DNA of 64,000 nt from Alphaproteobacteria bacterium (GCA_965243135.1 OZ251539.1:4992001-5056000); one strand, 5' to 3'. Shown: positions 10,431 through 22,231, counted from the stretch's first letter. The notes: generated by a model not told the origin, from the letters alone. Numbers and translations: made by a program.

Positions 10431-10911
10431 CGGCGCCGCCTTCGCGCCGACGGCGCGCGGCCAGCCGCACCGCCTCGACGATCTGCTGATAGCCGGTGCA
10501 ACGGCAAAGATTGCCGCCTATGGCGTCCCGAATGGCGTCGTCGTCCGGGTCCGGGTTTTCCTCGAGAAGGGCATGGCTCGCGATCAACATGCCCGGCGTA
10601 CAGTAGCCGCACTGCAAGGCGTGGCATTCCCAGAACGCATCCTGCAGATCGCCGAGCCCTCCGCCGTCGGCCGCCAGTCCCTCCACCGTCGTCACCTCGT
10701 GGCCCTCGGCCTGGACCGCGAACATCAGGCAGGAACGCACCGGTACGCCGTCGAGCAGAACCGAACAGGCCCCGCAGATTCCGTGCTCGCAGCCGACATG
10801 CGTGCCGGTCATCCGCAGGACGTCCCGGAGGCAGTCGACGAGCGTCATGCGCGGCGGCACGACCGCGGTGCGATCGCCGCCGTTGACGCGAAGCCGGATC
10901 GCGTCGGTCAC
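10423..10911 (-). CDS. (2Fe-2S)-binding small subunit (CoxS-like)
   Basis: GCEHGICGAC, QCGYCTPG and NLCRCTGY motifs. The GTG start at 10911 overlaps the upstream stop. Confidence 0.92.
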   Translation of the reverse strand: MTDAIRLRVNGGDRTAVVPPRMTLVDCLRDVLRMTGTHVGCEHGICGACSVLLDGVPVRSCLMFAVQAEGHEVTTVEGLAADGGGLGDLQDAFWECHALQCGYCTPGMLIASHALLEENPDPDDDAIRDAIGGNLCRCTGYQQIVEAVRLAARRRREGGADG

Positions 10912-11771
10912 GCTCGGGCCACCGCCGCGGCGATGGCCCGAGCCGCAAGGCGCCGAGCGACGCGGCGACGGTAATCGGCGGTGGCATGGACGTCGGTCTC
11001 GGGCGAGATCGCGTTCTCCAACCCGTTCAACGACGCTTCGACGGCGAGATCGTCCGGCGTCCGGCCGACAAGCGCAGATTCCGTTTCTCGCAGCCGCACC
11101 GGCGCCGGCGCGACTCCGCCGACGGCGACGGCGGCGCGTTCGACGGCGCCGTCTTCGTCCAGCGCGATCTGGGCGGCGGCGGCGACGATCGCGAAATCGC
11201 CCTCGCGGCTCGCCATTTCCCGGAAGGAGCTGCCGACGCGGCGGGTTCGCCAGACCGGGAAGCGGATTTCCGTGAGGATCTGATCCGCTTCGATGCCGGT
11301 GACCATGGCCGTCTCGAAGAAGCCGTCGATGGAAAGGTTCGCCTCGCCGTCCGCGTCGCGAACCGTCAGCTCCGCGTCCAGCGCGAGAGCGACGAGCGGA
11401 ATCTCCGCCGACGGATCGCCGTGGACGATGCTGCCGCCGACGGTGCCGCGGTTGCGGGTCTGCTGATGGCCGACATGCCGGATCGCCTCGGCGAGCAGCG
11501 GCAACTTTTGCGCAACCAGATCCGATCGCTCCACGTCGCGTTGCCGCGTGAGCGCGCCCACGGCGACCGTCTCTTCCCAATCGCGGATTCCGTTGAGTTC
11601 GTGCAGATCGTTGATGTCGACCAGCATGTCGGGACGCGCGAGGCGCATCGCCATCAGCGGCACCAGCGTTTGCCCCCCGGCAATGATCTTGCGCTCGCCG
11701 GAACCGGCCAGCAAGCGGCATGCCTCGTCCAGCGATCCCGCGCGGACGTACTCGAACGCAGCAGCCTTCAT
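10908..11771 (-). CDS. FAD-binding medium subunit (CoxM-like)
   Basis: MKAAAFEYVR, IAGGQTLVP, RNRGTVGGS and D.HATADYRR motifs. Confidence 0.92.
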   Translation of the reverse strand: MKAAAFEYVRAGSLDEACRLLAGSGERKIIAGGQTLVPLMAMRLARPDMLVDINDLHELNGIRDWEETVAVGALTRQRDVERSDLVAQKLPLLAEAIRHVGHQQTRNRGTVGGSIVHGDPSAEIPLVALALDAELTVRDADGEANLSIDGFFETAMVTGIEADQILTEIRFPVWRTRRVGSSFREMASREGDFAIVAAAAQIALDEDGAVERAAVAVGGVAPAPVRLRETESALVGRTPDDLAVEASLNGLENAISPETDVHATADYRRRVARRLAARAIAAAVARA

Positions 11772-11859
11772 GTCCGGTGGCCCCGGATCGTTTCACCGGG
11801 GCGGTGTATATCTCAATCGCCGAACCTGCGATAGCCGGGGCGCAGGCATCCAAAACGAC

Positions 11860-12000
11860 TGCGAGCCGGCCCCTCGCGACGGTCGGTCAGGATCTCGCTC
11901 CTGCGGCAGCCAGTCAGCGACAGCAGGCGGACGGTCGCGGCCCGCCAGAACCGCTCCGAGACAACGGATCTCCAACCGTCGAAAGCCCGCCTTGTTTCTC
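11860..12000 (-). pseudogene. Tyrosine recombinase/integrase remnant
   Basis: Minus-strand fragment VRLLSLTGCRRSEILT (integrase box I, LL.LTG.R.SEI), preceded in another frame by EIRCLGAVL. Boundaries are approximate. Confidence 0.55.
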
Positions 12001-13762
12001 GCCATGGAACGCTGGAGCACACTCACTGCCCCTTTCCGGCGTCGATCAATTCCCAAATTTTCCTCGGAGTGACCGGCATGCGGATGTCCCGGACGCCGAA
12101 AGGGCGCAACGCGTCCACGAAAGCGTTGACCAGCACCGCCAGCGCGGGAGTCGTTCCTCCCTCGCCCCCGGCCTTGACGCCGAGCGGATTGGTCGGCGAC
12201 GGCACCTCGTTTCGCGCCGTGACGAAAAACGGATACTCGTCGGCGCGCGGCATTTGATAATCAATGAACGACCCGGCAAGGGGCTGCCCCGAGTCCTCGT
12301 CCAACGCGCACAACTCGCCGAGCGCCTCGCCCGCGCCCTGAACGATTCCGCCATGGGTCTGCCCGTCCACGATCATCGGGTTGATAGCGCGACCGACATC
12401 GTCGACCGCCGTATAGCGCGCTACCCGGTAAGCGCCCGTTTCAGGATCGACTTCGACCTCGCAGACATGGCAGCCGTTGGGAAACACAGGCGTTTCCATG
12501 ACGTTGTCCTCGACGACCGAAAGGCCGCCGGCACGACGGGACCGGCTGTCGACGTCGCGCGCAAGTTCGAACAACCCGATATCGCGGTCCGTGCCCGCGA
12601 TCCGAAACCTGCCGCCGACGAACTCGACGTCGGCGTCCGCGGCCTCCATCGCGACCGCCGCCAGCCTCTTGCCCTTCCGGATCAGCGATTCCGAAGCCTT
12701 GACGATCACGGCGCCCGCCATGCGCATGGAACGGCCCGAATGGGAACCGCCGCCCACCTTCACGATGTCGGTGTCGCCCACGATTACGTTGACCTGGTCC
12801 ACCGCTACGCCCAGCCATTCGGCGGCCACCTGGGCGAAACTGGTTTCATGTCCCTGCCCGCTCGGTTGCGTGCCGATGACGAGATCGATCCGCCCCTCCG
12901 GGCGCACGCGGATTTCCGCCTGCTCCCGCGGCGTGCCGATCGAGGATTCGACGTAGTTGGCGATTCCCCGGCCGAGCAGCAGTCCACGCGCCTCGGCGGC
13001 GGCGCGGCGCGCCGGGAACCCCGGCCAGTCGGCGCGCCGCATCGCCATTTCCATGCTTTTCGCATAATCGCCGCTGTCGTAGGTCATGCCGACGGCGTTC
13101 GGATAGGGCATGCGTTCCCGCGGCACGAGGTTTCTGCGCCGCAGATCGATGGGATCGAAGCCCAGGTCGCGCGCCGCCGTTTCCACCAGCCTTTCGATCG
13201 CGAAGGTGACTTCGGGACGTCCCGAACTGCGATAGGCGTTGGTGGGAGGCGTATTGCTGAACGTCGCGCGGGCGCGCAGATGCGCCGCCGGAATGAGGTA
13301 GGAGCCCGTGATCAGGCCTGACCCCTTGCTGAGCGGCGACAGGGAAACCATGTGCGCACCGACGTTGCTGAGATTGTCGGCGCGCAGCGCGAGAAAGCGG
13401 CCCGTCCGGTCGAGCGCGAGGGCGACCCTTGTGACGAGGTCGCGGCCCTGGTAGTCGCTGACGAAGGAATCGCTTCTCCGGCAGATGAACTTGACCGGCC
13501 GTCCCAACTTGCGGGACGCCCAGGCGACGAGGGGGAACTCCACGTAAAGCCGGTTGCGCGTCCCGAAATTGCCGCCGACGTCCCTGGAGATCACGCGCAC
13601 GTCCTCGGGGGCGGCGCCAAGCACCGACGCTATTTCGCGTTTCTGGCGAACGGATCCGCCGGAGCCCGCATAAATCGTGTAGCGTCCCGTTTCCGGGTCG
13701 AAATCTCCGAGCGCCGCCCGCGGCTCCATGGGAACGCCGGTGACCCTGTCGACATGAAACTG

Positions 13763-15411
13763 CAGCAATTCCCGCTAAGGCTCGAAACCCTTGAAAAATA
13801 TGGGGCCGGAAAAAAGTCTTTCGTGGACTTTTCGAGGTGATTCGGGGCTATTTGCCTTCGAGCGGAGCATTTTTCTCTGGAAAGTGGTCCGAAGGCGAGG
13901 CGGGATTGTAACCAAAATGGCCAGAATGCCAGGCATGCGCAAGACGCTCAGCGCTCCGGGATTGCTGAAGGAAGTGCGAGCTTGTTTCGACCGTATCGAA
14001 GATCCGATCGCGAGCAGGGGGCTGAACCAGACGGACTGTCTGATGTCGGGTCTAGCGGTGTTCGGTATGAAGTATGCGTCGCTTCTGCAATTCGACGAGG
14101 CCGCGCACGCCGACGAAGTGGTTCGGCACAACCTCGCGACCTTATACGGCGTCAAGCGCGTGCCGTCGGACACTGCGATGCGCGAACGGCTTGACGAAGT
14201 CTGTCCGCGGCAATTGCGGCGTTGTTTCACGAAGATGTTCCAGGTTTTGCAACGAGGCAAGGGATTGGAAGAATACACTTGTCTGAACGGGCATTACGCT
14301 CTTTCGATCGATGGAACGGGATACTTCTCGTCGGACAAGGTGCACTGTAAAAATTGCTGCGAGAAACACCACCGCGACGGTACGATTACCTACTACCACC
14401 AGATGTTGGGAGCCGTTCTGGTGCATCCGGAACAAAAGGAGGTTTTTCCGTTTGCACCGGAACCGATCCTGAAGGAAGACGGCGCAAAAAAGAACGATTG
14501 CGAACGCAACGCAGCGAAACGGCTTCTGAAAGATGTGCGTCGCGAACACCCGCACCTGAAGCTGGTTGTGTTGGAAGATGGGCTGGCCTCGAACGGACCG
14601 CATGCCAATCTTCTCAAGGAGTTAGACATGCGTTTCATACTGGGGGCGAAGCCCGGCGACCACAAGTTCCTGTTCGAGTGGGTCAACAACGCGCCGTCCG
14701 TGGAGCGCCGGGAGTTCACGGACGGTGACAACATACGGCACGAATTCCGGTATCTTAACGGAGTGCCTCTGAACGATACGCACTTCGACCTCAAAGTGAA
14801 CTTTCTCGAATACTGGGAGAAGCTCCCAAACGGCAAGAAACAACGTTTCTCCTGGGTCACGGATCTGCCAATTGACGAAGGGAACCTGATGGAGTTGATG
14901 CGCACCGGGCGGGCGCGCTGGAAGATCGAGAACGAAACTTTCAACACCCTGAAGAACCAAGGCTACTGCTTTGAGCACAACTTCGGTCACGGTAACAAGA
15001 ATCTGTCGACGGTCTTTGCGTTCCTGATGATGCTGGCGTTCCTGATTGACCAGATTCAACAGCGATGTTGCAAACTGTTCCAACAGGCGCAAACGAAGGC
15101 CAAGCGGCCCATTTACTTCTGGGAAAAGGCGCGGGGATTGTTTCTCGAATACTTCTTGAAGGACTGGGAAACACTCTACCGAATGATCGCGTTTGGATAC
15201 CGGAAAGCAGAGGGAATTCCCTACGACACCTCCTGACCTGGCACCGTGACCGAATGTGCTAAAGCAAGTTTTTCAGGGGAAACAGGATGGTCAAGGCTAA
15301 GTCGGCACCAAGCCGAAGCGGGGAAGGTGCGTCGCGGCGGCTGGTCCCTCGGTAACGACGCTATCTCGACGCGCCTTTCGCAAAGGGCGGCCACCTTAGC
15401 GGGAATTTCTG
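13763..15411 (+). mobile_element. Insertion sequence, copy 1 (DDE transposase, IS4-like/ISNCY type), 1649 bp
   Basis: Terminal inverted repeats CAGCAATTCCCGCTAAGG / CCTTAGCGGGAATTTCTG (17/18). 9-bp target-site duplication (TSD) ATGAAACTG at 13754-13762 and 15412-15420. Confidence 0.95.
13917..15236 (+). CDS. DDE transposase
   Basis: SIDGTG, EDGL and RARWKIENETFNTLK motifs; 439 aa, intact. Confidence 0.93.
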   Translation: MARMPGMRKTLSAPGLLKEVRACFDRIEDPIASRGLNQTDCLMSGLAVFGMKYASLLQFDEAAHADEVVRHNLATLYGVKRVPSDTAMRERLDEVCPRQLRRCFTKMFQVLQRGKGLEEYTCLNGHYALSIDGTGYFSSDKVHCKNCCEKHHRDGTITYYHQMLGAVLVHPEQKEVFPFAPEPILKEDGAKKNDCERNAAKRLLKDVRREHPHLKLVVLEDGLASNGPHANLLKELDMRFILGAKPGDHKFLFEWVNNAPSVERREFTDGDNIRHEFRYLNGVPLNDTHFDLKVNFLEYWEKLPNGKKQRFSWVTDLPIDEGNLMELMRTGRARWKIENETFNTLKNQGYCFEHNFGHGNKNLSTVFAFLMMLAFLIDQIQQRCCKLFQQAQTKAKRPIYFWEKARGLFLEYFLKDWETLYRMIAFGYRKAEGIPYDTS

Positions 15412-16572
15412 ATGAAACTGCATCTCGACGACATGGTCCGCCGCGGCGAACGCCGCATTCGTGGCCTCGCGGTCGCCGAAGAAGGTTTCGACGCAGATAT
15501 TGCCCGGCGCAGCGTCCCACACTTCCGCCGCGCCGGGCGCGGCTGCAAGGTCCGTTCGCGACACGGGCGGCAGCGGCTCGTAGACGATGTTCACCGCCTC
15601 GACGGCGTCTTCGGCCTGCGCCAGGCTCTCGGCGACGACGATGGCCAGCGCTTCTCCTACGTAGCGGGCCTTGTCGGACGGCAGCGGCATGTGATCGCCG
15701 TAAAACACTTCGCCGCCGCCCGGTCCGTGAAGCTTCATGTCGTGTTTCGTCGACGGCGACGGGTTGTGGGGAATCGGCGAGAGGCCGTCGCAATCCGCGC
15801 CCGCGAAGACTCCCAGAACGCCGGGCAGCGCGTCGGCGTCCGACGTGTCGACGGATTTCAGAAGCGCATGCGCGTGGGGGGAACGGACAACCGCCATCCA
15901 GGCTTGCCCGGCGCGATTCCAGTCGTCGCTGAAGTGCCCCTTTCCGGTGAGAAGCCGTTCGTCCTCTAGTCTTCTGAAAGATTCACCGATCTTCTGATAG
16001 CCCATCGCCGCTTTTCGCATTATCCGACTTGATACGGCCGTGTTTCTGCACAACCGCGGAACGTTCCGCAAGCGAGAGCCCAGCCCCGCTACATATTGAT
16101 CGGAATGGATCTTGGTGAACTAAATGGCAGGACATGCACCGCACCGTTTCGCATTCTCGGCAAGGAATGCGCCACTGCTGAGACCACAGGAAACCCCCAT
16201 TTTCACAGCTGTCGCACGATCTGTCAGACTACCTTGCTTGACGAACGGGCCATATGGTTATTATGTTGGAACTATCACGAAGGAGACAACAGGCGATGAA
16301 AAGCATGGACAATAGCGCCGAGAGCCTTAGGATTCTGGTCTTCCAAGAGGAAGGTATCTGGGTCGGTCAATGCGTGGAGTATGATATTGGTGCGCAGGGT
16401 CGCTCGATTTCCGAAATGGCGAAACGCCTTGTCGCTGCCGTCGAAGCGGAAGAGCACTTCAGCAGAGAACGCCACGGCGAAGCGTTCCATGGAATTCCTG
16501 CCGCACCCGCCCATGTCGCCGATTTGTGGGCCAATGCAGATGGAAATTTGGAGGGAATCAGGCAAACTAGCG

Positions 16573-18939
16573 CTGCCTGTGCCCCATAAAGTTTTGCTGG
16601 ACTAACATCCGTGTTCATCCTCAAGTTCCCGGAAATGCGCCTTGGCGGCGAGTTGGGCGTAGCCGTTCCACATCACTTCCGCGCCTGGCGGATCACGCTT
16701 GCGCTTGAAGTACCCTCCGAGGCGGGCGACCAGGAAGACAGCGTCTCCGAGGCTTTTCGGCGGTGCCATGCGCCAAGATTTGGCGAGGAGCGCCAGCACC
16801 CGGAGTTCGACGTCCGAGAACAGGATCTCAGGCGGCAGATCGGGCAGTTCCCGTCCGAGACGGGTCATCAGGTGGATGCGCCAGGCGATGACGATGTTGA
16901 TGGCGGCGGCACGCTGAAGACGTTCGGCCGTCCGATTCTCAAGGTCCTCGGCAGCCGGACTTCAGGACCCTGAAATAATCTTCGATACGCCAGCGCAGGC
17001 CATACCAAGTCAGGATGCGTTCGGCGTCCTCGGCGCTCTCGACCGGCAGCGTCGTCAGCAGGAACCATTCCAGCCGTCCGGCGTCCGGCGGGGGAGCTTT
17101 CTCGCGGACATGCACAATCGTCGCCTCGACGGGATTCTTGCCCTTCGCCGGCAACTCGACCTTGAGGTAGCGCAGTTCGACCGTGGCCTGGCGCTCCGGC
17201 CGCACGGCCCTCGCGGCCTGCTTGCTTGCCTTTATGCGTGCGCTCAGACGTTTGACCTCGATGACGCGCTTGCCCTGCACCGGGCTTTTCCGCACCTTGT
17301 CGAACAGCTTGTCGGTGTCGTCCTTGCCGAGAACCCGGTTCGTCTTCGCCCGCACCAGAAGTTCCACTCCCGGCGCCCGCTCGCGCCGCTCAACGAACAG
17401 GTCGACGAAGTCCGCCTCCCGGTCCATGACGCCGACCACCTGCACGCCATCGAGTGCAGAAGCAGCCTCGGCGCTGTCCTGAAGGCCCTGAATCCAACGG
17501 TACGACTTCTTCTTCTCGCGGGGCTTGTCCCTCTCCGCGCTCGGCTGCGGCGCATCGAACGCCGCCCGCAGAACCCCCAGCGGCAGCCCCTCCGTGTTGA
17601 CCGTGGCGTGCAGGTTCAGGCCTCGGGTGCCGGCGCCGGTCTGGTTCCGACCGATGATTCCCAAACCCTCGGTCTTCCCCCGCTTCGCGAAGTTCAGCGT
17701 GCTGCCGTCCTGCACGCACAGCACCGTCTTCTCCCCCTGCATCCGCCGCAGCGTCTGCCGCCGATGCGGCTGCAGGATGTTCTCCACCGTCACCGCATCA
17801 CTGTCCGGCTTGTCGATCAAGCGATAGTAAGCCTTTATCAAGGCCCCCTCTCGCAGCGCACGTGAACGCCTGCGTCGGCGCTTCCGCCTGATATCGGGCA
17901 CAAGTCACCAGGCGCGCGCTCAGACGCACATCCCCCAGCGGCGCACCGCCGAACTCCTGTTCCGCCCAACTCTCCCGATCCAGACCGGATCCGACCTCCA
18001 ACGGTGCAAGCGGCGCACGCGGCTCCAGGATGCGCACCTGCCAGTCCGCATCCAATTCGTACACATATACAGCCTTCGGCGTCTCCGTTGCCGCATGTTC
18101 CCGATCCTGTCGCCCCCGGCCGGCTGTCTCGCCAATTCGGTGCCAGTTGGACGCCTGAAAGCTCGTTCCCGCATGCCGGTCTACGAAGGTCTCCAGCAAA
18201 TACGGGCGGTAGCCGTAGCGCGCCTCGAAATCGTCTCCCACCCTGCGGACCACGCCGCCCAAGACATGCGAGGCAAGATTACGGCACTCGACGCCGGGCC
18301 GGACCAGAAAACGCGACAGGCACACGACCCGGTGCAAACAAGCGCGCCTTCCTGCGTCGCTCCAGCCTATCCAACGGTCGCGGCATTCGAGCCTGTGCGC
18401 CGACGCCGCGAACCCGACAGCCCCCAGCCAGCCATGCGCCGACCCCACCAGATACCGTAACTGACAGCCCACCAGTGGACCGGCGCCGCGTGGATGCTCC
18501 TCCTCCAGCATCGTGTTCCATACCAGGCGATGATCGTCATCCGTCACCGGCACCAACTCCAGGCCCTCGACCGCACCGACTTCCTCCGGTACGCTCTTCG
18601 GCGGAGGAACCGGCTCCGCAAGACGTCGCGGGCGCCACGCGCCACCGCCGGAATGCGTCGGCGACGGCAGCGAAATCCGTCCCGCCGCCTCAAACTCCGC
18701 CAACGCCTTCAGACAGCCCGCTCGCTGCAGGCGGCCAAGCCCATCACGAAACCCGAATGCTTCGCACACGCGATCCGCGACCTCGCTGCGGCGAGTGAAA
18801 ACCCCGTTCGCCAGCACCCCTTGCAAGCGCGCAAAATCGTTCCGGAGGCTTTGCCGAACCTGATTCTGGAACTCCATGCCGGGCACCGTAGCGAATCGGC
18901 TGGCCAGAGTCCAGAAAAATCTTTATGGGGCACAGGCAG
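16573..18939 (-). mobile_element. IS4/IS50-like element carrying a DUF4338 (DruA-like)-transposase fusion
   Basis: 19-bp perfect inverted repeat CTGCCTGTGCCCCATAAAG, extendable imperfectly to ~31 bp. 8-bp TSD AACTAGCG at 16565-16572 and 18940-18947. Confidence 0.92.
16602..18877 (-). pseudogene. Frameshifted DUF4338-IS4 (Tn5-like) transposase
   Basis: Three out-of-frame pieces. First: DUF4338 (HPRGAGPLVGCQLRYLV...RDRWIGW...RFLVRP...NLASHVL...LLETFVD) plus WAEQEFGGAPLGDVRL. Second: the DDE core (VQDGS, VMDREAD, Y.LRWRIE.YFRVLKSGC). Third: the C-terminus (VARLGGY..RKRDPPG). Confidence 0.85.
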
Positions 18940-18997
18940 AACTAGCGGCGATGCAGACCGTTACAAATGGGCCATCGCAGCTTGAGGAATTTCCGAT

Positions 18998-19246
18998 ATG
19001 CCTTTCCCTTTCGGAGGCCATCCTACCTTAAGTGACTATATTAGGTATGCCGGGCAGCAAGGATGTACGATACAGTACGGCTACGATGGACAGTATGTGG
19101 TCGACATAATCGTCATAACCAATCCTGCGAACGACAAGCATGTGATTGTTTCCGGCGTTCAACAGAGTGAACACTTGGCTCCAAGCGAAGTTTCACGGCT
19201 TGATCGAAGGCTTGGCCTCAACTCTCCATTTGCAAAACAACCTTGA
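18998..19246 (+). CDS. Small hypothetical protein, possibly divergent HicA-fold partner
   Basis: 82 aa, GAGG RBS, 12 bp after the restored HicB-like stop. Pattern is helix-GC-beta strands-HLAPSEVSRLDRRLGL. Confidence 0.6.
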   Translation: MPFPFGGHPTLSDYIRYAGQQGCTIQYGYDGQYVVDIIVITNPANDKHVIVSGVQQSEHLAPSEVSRLDRRLGLNSPFAKQP

Positions 19247-19262
19247 CGGGATGGCGTGTCGG

Positions 19263-21314
19263 TTAACTGCTGGAGGCACGAGCGACGATGACGTTGCCGA
19301 AACGGTCGACGCGTCCGGCAAGCCTGGGATCGATGAAAGTCGTGGCGTCCCCCTGCTCGAGAATCGCAGGCCCGAAGATTTCCACGCCGACCGGCAACTG
19401 AAGGCGATCGAATACCCGCGCCGATCGCCATCCGCCATCGACGTACAGCTCGCGACCTTCCCGCTCGGCTTCCAGTAACGACACGCTTTCCCCGGGCGCG
19501 AGAATCGACAGGTCGACCTCCGACCTCGCGCCGATCGCCGATACGCGCAGGTTGACGACGCGCGCGGGAAGCTCGCCGAGCGTGCGGCCGTACTCCCGCC
19601 GGTAGCTCTCCGTGAAGGCCGATCGGATCGCGTCGACGCTCCTGACGGAGGACGGAACGGGCACGGAGACGGTGTGGGTCTGGCCTACATACAGCATGTC
19701 GAGTTCCACGACGGTCTCGATCCGCTTCAACGAAACGCCTGCCCCCTCGATTCGCCGCCGCCCCTCGTCCGCCAGACGAACGGCCTGCGCGAACAGGGCG
19801 TCCGTATCGAGCGCGTCGAGCGGTCGGTTGACCGTCTGCACGAAGTCGTGGCGCATGTCCGCGATGACGCAGCCCAGAGCGCTAGTCACGCCGGGGAAAC
19901 GCGGGACGATCGCGCCGCCGAGCCCGACTTCGCCGATCAGCGCGCCGGCATGAAGCGCGCCGCCGCCGCCGAACGGCATCGCATGGAACTTGCGGGGGTC
20001 GTGCCCGCGCTCGATGGAAACGAGGCGGATGGCGCCGGCCATCCGCGAATTCGCGACGCGGATAATCGCTTCGGCCGCCTCCATGTCTCCGAGACCCAGC
20101 GGCTTTCCGACATGCGCGCGGATCGCAGCCCGCGCCGCCTCGACGTCGAGAAGGCCGCCTCCGATGGGGCGCTCCGCGTTGATGCGCCCCGTCGCCACGT
20201 TGGCGTCGGTGACCGTGGGCCGGTCATTGCCGTTGCCGTAACAGGCCGGACCGGGGTCGGCGCCCGCGCTCTCGGGGCCGACCTGGAGGATGCCGGCGCG
20301 ATCGACCCGGGCGATCGAGCCGCCGCCCGCTCCGATCGTCGTGATCTGCACCATGGGCGTCCGCACCACCAGCCCGAAATCGATCGACGTCTGCGCGGCC
20401 AGCGCGCTTTCCCCGCCGGCGACCAGCGCCACGTCGAAACTGGTTCCGCCCATGTCGCAGGTCACGACATTGGGAAAGCCTGCCGCGGTGGCGACATGGG
20501 CGCCCGCTATGACTCCGGCCGCGGGGCCGGAAAGAGCGGTTCTGACCGGCATCTCGCGCGCAGCCTCCACGCCCATAACTCCGCCGTTCGACTGGACGAT
20601 CAGAACGTTCCCGCCGAAGCCCTCGTCGGCGAGCGCCGCGTGGAGACGGCCCAGATAGTCTCCCAGCACCGGTCGCAGGACGGCGTTGAGCGCGGTCGTC
20701 GACGCCCGCTCGAACTCCCGAAGTTCGGGCAAAATGCGGCTGGAGATCGTAACGTGGTCGTTTGGCCAGACGGCGTGCGCGGCCTCCAGCGCCGCTTCCT
20801 CGTTGGCGGCGTTGGCGTAGGAGTTCACGAACATGATCGCAAGCGATTCGGCGCCCGAGTTACGCAACGAAACGGCCGCCGCCCTGACGGCATCGGCATC
20901 CACTGGCGTACGGATCGTGCCGTCGGCGAGCGTTCGCTCCTCGACCTCCAGACGCAGGACGCGCGGTATGACCGGCGCGTAGGATCCGCGCAGACCCCAG
21001 ATCTCGGGCCGGTCGCGGCGGCGCATTTCGAGCACGTCGCGGAATCCCGCAGTCGTGATCAACCCGGTCCTGGCGCCCTTTCGCTGAAGCAGCGCGTTGG
21101 TGCCTACCGTGGTGCCATGAACGACGGTCGCAAGCGCCGCGACGCCTCCGTCCGCCGCGCCGGCGCGCACTCCCTCGATAAAGCCGCGCGACTGATCGTC
21201 AGGCGTGGAAGGAACCTTGGCGACGCGGCACGCGCCGCTCGCTTCGTCCATCCAGAAAACGTCGGTGAACGTGCCGCCCACATCCACGCCGATACGATAC
21301 CTTGCCTGGGTCAT
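19263..21314 (-). CDS. Hydantoinase/oxoprolinase subunit A (ATP-binding)
   Basis: GVDVGGTFTD, HGTTVGTNA, SGPAAG, DMGGTSFD, IGAGGGS and GPESAGADPGPACYG motifs. Confidence 0.93.
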   Translation of the reverse strand: MTQARYRIGVDVGGTFTDVFWMDEASGACRVAKVPSTPDDQSRGFIEGVRAGAADGGVAALATVVHGTTVGTNALLQRKGARTGLITTAGFRDVLEMRRRDRPEIWGLRGSYAPVIPRVLRLEVEERTLADGTIRTPVDADAVRAAAVSLRNSGAESLAIMFVNSYANAANEEAALEAAHAVWPNDHVTISSRILPELREFERASTTALNAVLRPVLGDYLGRLHAALADEGFGGNVLIVQSNGGVMGVEAAREMPVRTALSGPAAGVIAGAHVATAAGFPNVVTCDMGGTSFDVALVAGGESALAAQTSIDFGLVVRTPMVQITTIGAGGGSIARVDRAGILQVGPESAGADPGPACYGNGNDRPTVTDANVATGRINAERPIGGGLLDVEAARAAIRAHVGKPLGLGDMEAAEAIIRVANSRMAGAIRLVSIERGHDPRKFHAMPFGGGGALHAGALIGEVGLGGAIVPRFPGVTSALGCVIADMRHDFVQTVNRPLDALDTDALFAQAVRLADEGRRRIEGAGVSLKRIETVVELDMLYVGQTHTVSVPVPSSVRSVDAIRSAFTESYRREYGRTLGELPARVVNLRVSAIGARSEVDLSILAPGESVSLLEAEREGRELYVDGGWRSARVFDRLQLPVGVEIFGPAILEQGDATTFIDPRLAGRVDRFGNVIVARASSS

Positions 21315-21579
21315 GAGTTTCCCTCATGAAATTCAAGGCGGAGGCGCCCTGCCGGACTCCCGGCCGCCGCACCGGGTTATTCCGCCGCGAACGTTCCGGT
21401 CAGGAGAAGCCGCCCGGCTCCGGTAAACCGCGCGCGGCCATCCGTCGTTCGGAACTCTTCCGTAGCCTGCGGGCCAGAGCGTCGGAAAATTATCGGAACG
21501 GCCATAAAGCTTGGCCGCAGCCAACATAGCGATCCTCCATGGACGGTTCAACGCGGCGAACCGCTGTCGCGGAAGATGC

Positions 21580-21950
21580 GGCGCGCTACCAGAGGCGACG
21601 AACGCCGTATCGAGGGGCTCGTTCGAAACAAGAACGAGACCGCGCCTTGTCGCCTGCGCGATCAACATTCTGTCGAAAGGATCCCGGTGAGGTCCGGGAA
21701 GCCCCCCGGCGCGAAGGCCGTCCTCGACGGTAACTTCCAGACCTTCGAACCCTTGATCGGCTGCCAGAAAAATCGAGCGCCAGCGCCGCCGCTTCGGGCA
21801 ATCTCCCCAGACGATGCTTGGTGGCGATCTCCCAAGCCGTAGCCGCGCTGATTCCGTTCCGATCGTCCGCAACTGCGCGACGGGCGGAATCCGAGAGCTT
21901 TCGCTAATTGCCAGCCACCGGAGAAGCGCATGCGTGTCGATGCACGCCGA
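21580..21950 (-). pseudogene. VapC/PIN toxin remnant
   Basis: IDTHALLRW...SAATAWEIATKHRLGRLP, then a frameshift to GLPGPHRDPFDRMLIAQA...LVSNE. Confidence 0.8.
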
Positions 21951-21953
21951 GCT

Positions 21954-22231
<278 letters not shown>

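Larger units (their letters stand above)
12023..16005 (-). pseudogene. Second molybdopterin-binding large subunit (CoxL-like), split by an IS
   Basis: The N-terminal part MGYQKIGESFRRLEDERLLTGKG...HVVEMQFH (16005-15412) continues after the IS as (QFH)VDRVTGVPMEPR...AYRSSGRPE...KAGGEGG (to 12023). Confidence 0.9.
16296..18985 (+). pseudogene. HicB-like protein, 3' end disrupted by an IS4 element
   Basis: LRILVFQEEGIWVGQCVEYDIGAQGRSISE is HicB-like. Removing the IS and one TSD copy restores ...EGIRQTSGDADRYKWAIAA* ending at 18985. Confidence 0.65.

Noticed and set aside
8019-16005. Aerobic CO dehydrogenase (coxMSL)
   Set aside because: The active-site loops are PVRGFGQ and AYRSSGR, not the form I AYRCSFR.
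17798-18886. Druantia defence system
   Set aside because: The DUF4338 domain is inside an IS and fused to the transposase; there is no DruE helicase or other dru gene.
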